DNA from: a virus
DNA: 64,000 nucleotides
Reading direction: 5' to 3' (one strand)
IMG/VR virus record: IMGVR_UViG_3300045988_090117
Coordinates: 4,812 to 68,811 of that record
Shown: one piece after another, positions 63,350-64,000 of the stretch
How the letters are laid out: the number at the start of each line of letters is the position of its first letter
Position numbering within the stretch: position 1 is the first letter of the stretch
The notes under the pieces: model-generated
Databases searched by the model: none
What the model was told of the DNA's origin: nothing
The model's input: only the letters and a program-made list of their open reading frames with translations
Position numbers and translations under genes: made by a program

Positions 63350-64000
63350 TTATTCAGCTTTAGGTACAAATGTTTTACTAACTCCATTTATAGTTACAAC
63401 TAATTCACCAGCTTCATTAAAGGATAGTTGAGGTAAACTAGTAACTTTATCATCTACATATTTTTTAGTAGCTGGATTATAATTTTCTGTTGGTGCATAT
63501 TCTTGTGTATTTCCTATTTTTAAATATCCATATAAACCTTTTTCTAGTGTTTTAGTACTTTTAGTATATGTGTATCTATTTGTGCCACCTAATATAAGTA
63601 TAAATGAAGTATCAGTATTTCTTGCACACAATATAAAATCATCTCTAGTCATAGCACCACCAACAAGGGCTATTTCTGTTTCGCTACTATCTTCATTTGT
63701 ATAAATAAATGAGAATCCATATACATTAGCATATTTATTTGGTACAAAGTATTTTTTATATGTTCCCATATTATTACAATTAACATATATACGTTTATTA
63801 GTTTCATCAATTCTTAATATAGGTAGTTGTTCAAGTAATATATTATCATCAACATATTTCTTAGTAACTAGGTCTTTATCTTCAGTAGGTGTACCTTCTT
63901 GAGATAATTTACCTGCATACCAAGCATTACCTTGCCAGTCTAAAGTGTGTGCATTTGACCTTTTAGCATCACCAGCACCATTACCTACTATATGAGCATA
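63350..64000 (-). CDS. Tail-fibre-like structural protein (5' end beyond the window)
   Basis: The frame is open from 64000. My translation is YAHIVGNGAGDAKRSNAHTLDWQGNAWYAGKLSQEGTPTEDKDLVTKKYVDDNIL..., joining the track ORF, which has a second ..PATKKYVDDKVTS motif. Confidence 0.55.
   Translation of the reverse strand, partial: YAHIVGNGAGDAKRSNAHTLDWQGNAWYAGKLSQEGTPTEDKDLVTKKYVDDNILLEQLPILRIDETNKRIYVNCNNMGTYKKYFVPNKYANVYGFSFIYTNEDSSETEIALVGGAMTRDDFILCARNTDTSFILILGGTNRYTYTKSTKTLEKGLYGYLKIGNTQEYAPTENYNPATKKYVDDKVTSLPQLSFNEAGELVVTINGVSKTFVPKAE

Noticed and set aside
1-64000. Lysogeny module (integrase, CI/Cro repressor, attP) and a holin next to the endolysin
   Set aside because: No tyrosine or serine recombinase motifs and no divergent repressor pair were seen. 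All genes are co-oriented. The AntA-like and HTH proteins alone do not establish a temperate lifestyle. No obvious two-TM holin lies between 62385 and 64000, so it may lie outside the window.

Overview
The window is a continuous stretch of a tailed dsDNA phage genome. It looks like a siphovirus: there is a long tape-measure gene and no sheath gene. The host is probably an AT-rich, Gram-positive (Firmicute-like) bacterium, judging from AGGAGG Shine-Dalgarno sites, a lipobox protein and SH3b wall-binding domains. Every credible gene lies on the minus strand, so the genome reads from 64000 down to 1. The plus-strand ORFs in the track are antisense shadows.

Gene order on the minus strand:
- A tail-fibre-like gene (5' end cut by the window edge) and an amidase/SH3b endolysin.
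- An early/replication region: SNF2 helicase, three beta-class DNA methyltransferases, AntA-like protein, DnaC-like loader, DnaB, primase, a sigma factor, class II RNR, an SSB-like protein, an intron-split family A DNA polymerase, beta-clamp, Cas4-like nuclease, RecU, dUTPase, RecA-like protein, a second sigma factor, an HNH endonuclease, a C5-methyltransferase-like protein, clamp-loader subunits, ThyX, a Dam methylase and many small ORFs.
- The packaging, head and tail module: TerS, TerL, portal, a MuF fusion protein, scaffold, decoration protein, major capsid protein, connectors, major tail protein, chaperones, tape measure, Dit, a 1517-aa tail lysin, a collagen-like fibre and a fibre with a GH16-type domain.

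Features not explained by ordinary gene calls:
1. A rigid bipartite promoter-like motif, GTTAG(T/C)AAA-N-TTTCTATACTATATA, occurs 19 times. The -35-like to -10-like spacing is exactly 17 nt in every copy. A separate set of three near-identical TTGATT-17-TATAAT promoters sits alongside two phage sigma genes.
2. Two paralogous promoter-hairpin-C-rich-terminator units of about 97 nt, plus a third longer one, contain no plausible ORF. These are candidate phage small RNAs.
3. The polA gene is split by two group I introns, each carrying a homing endonuclease, with splice junctions resolvable to the nucleotide.
4. Three genes need a +1 frame change: the SNF2 Walker A, a small zinc-ribbon ORF and the tail chaperone pair.
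5. There is an unusually large methyltransferase arsenal, including a 71-aa mini-Dcm that retains only motifs I and X.
6. A MuF head protein is fused to an HExxH domain.

No integrase, CI-like repressor, tRNA or CRISPR array was recognised. All homology statements come from motif recognition by eye, not from database searches.
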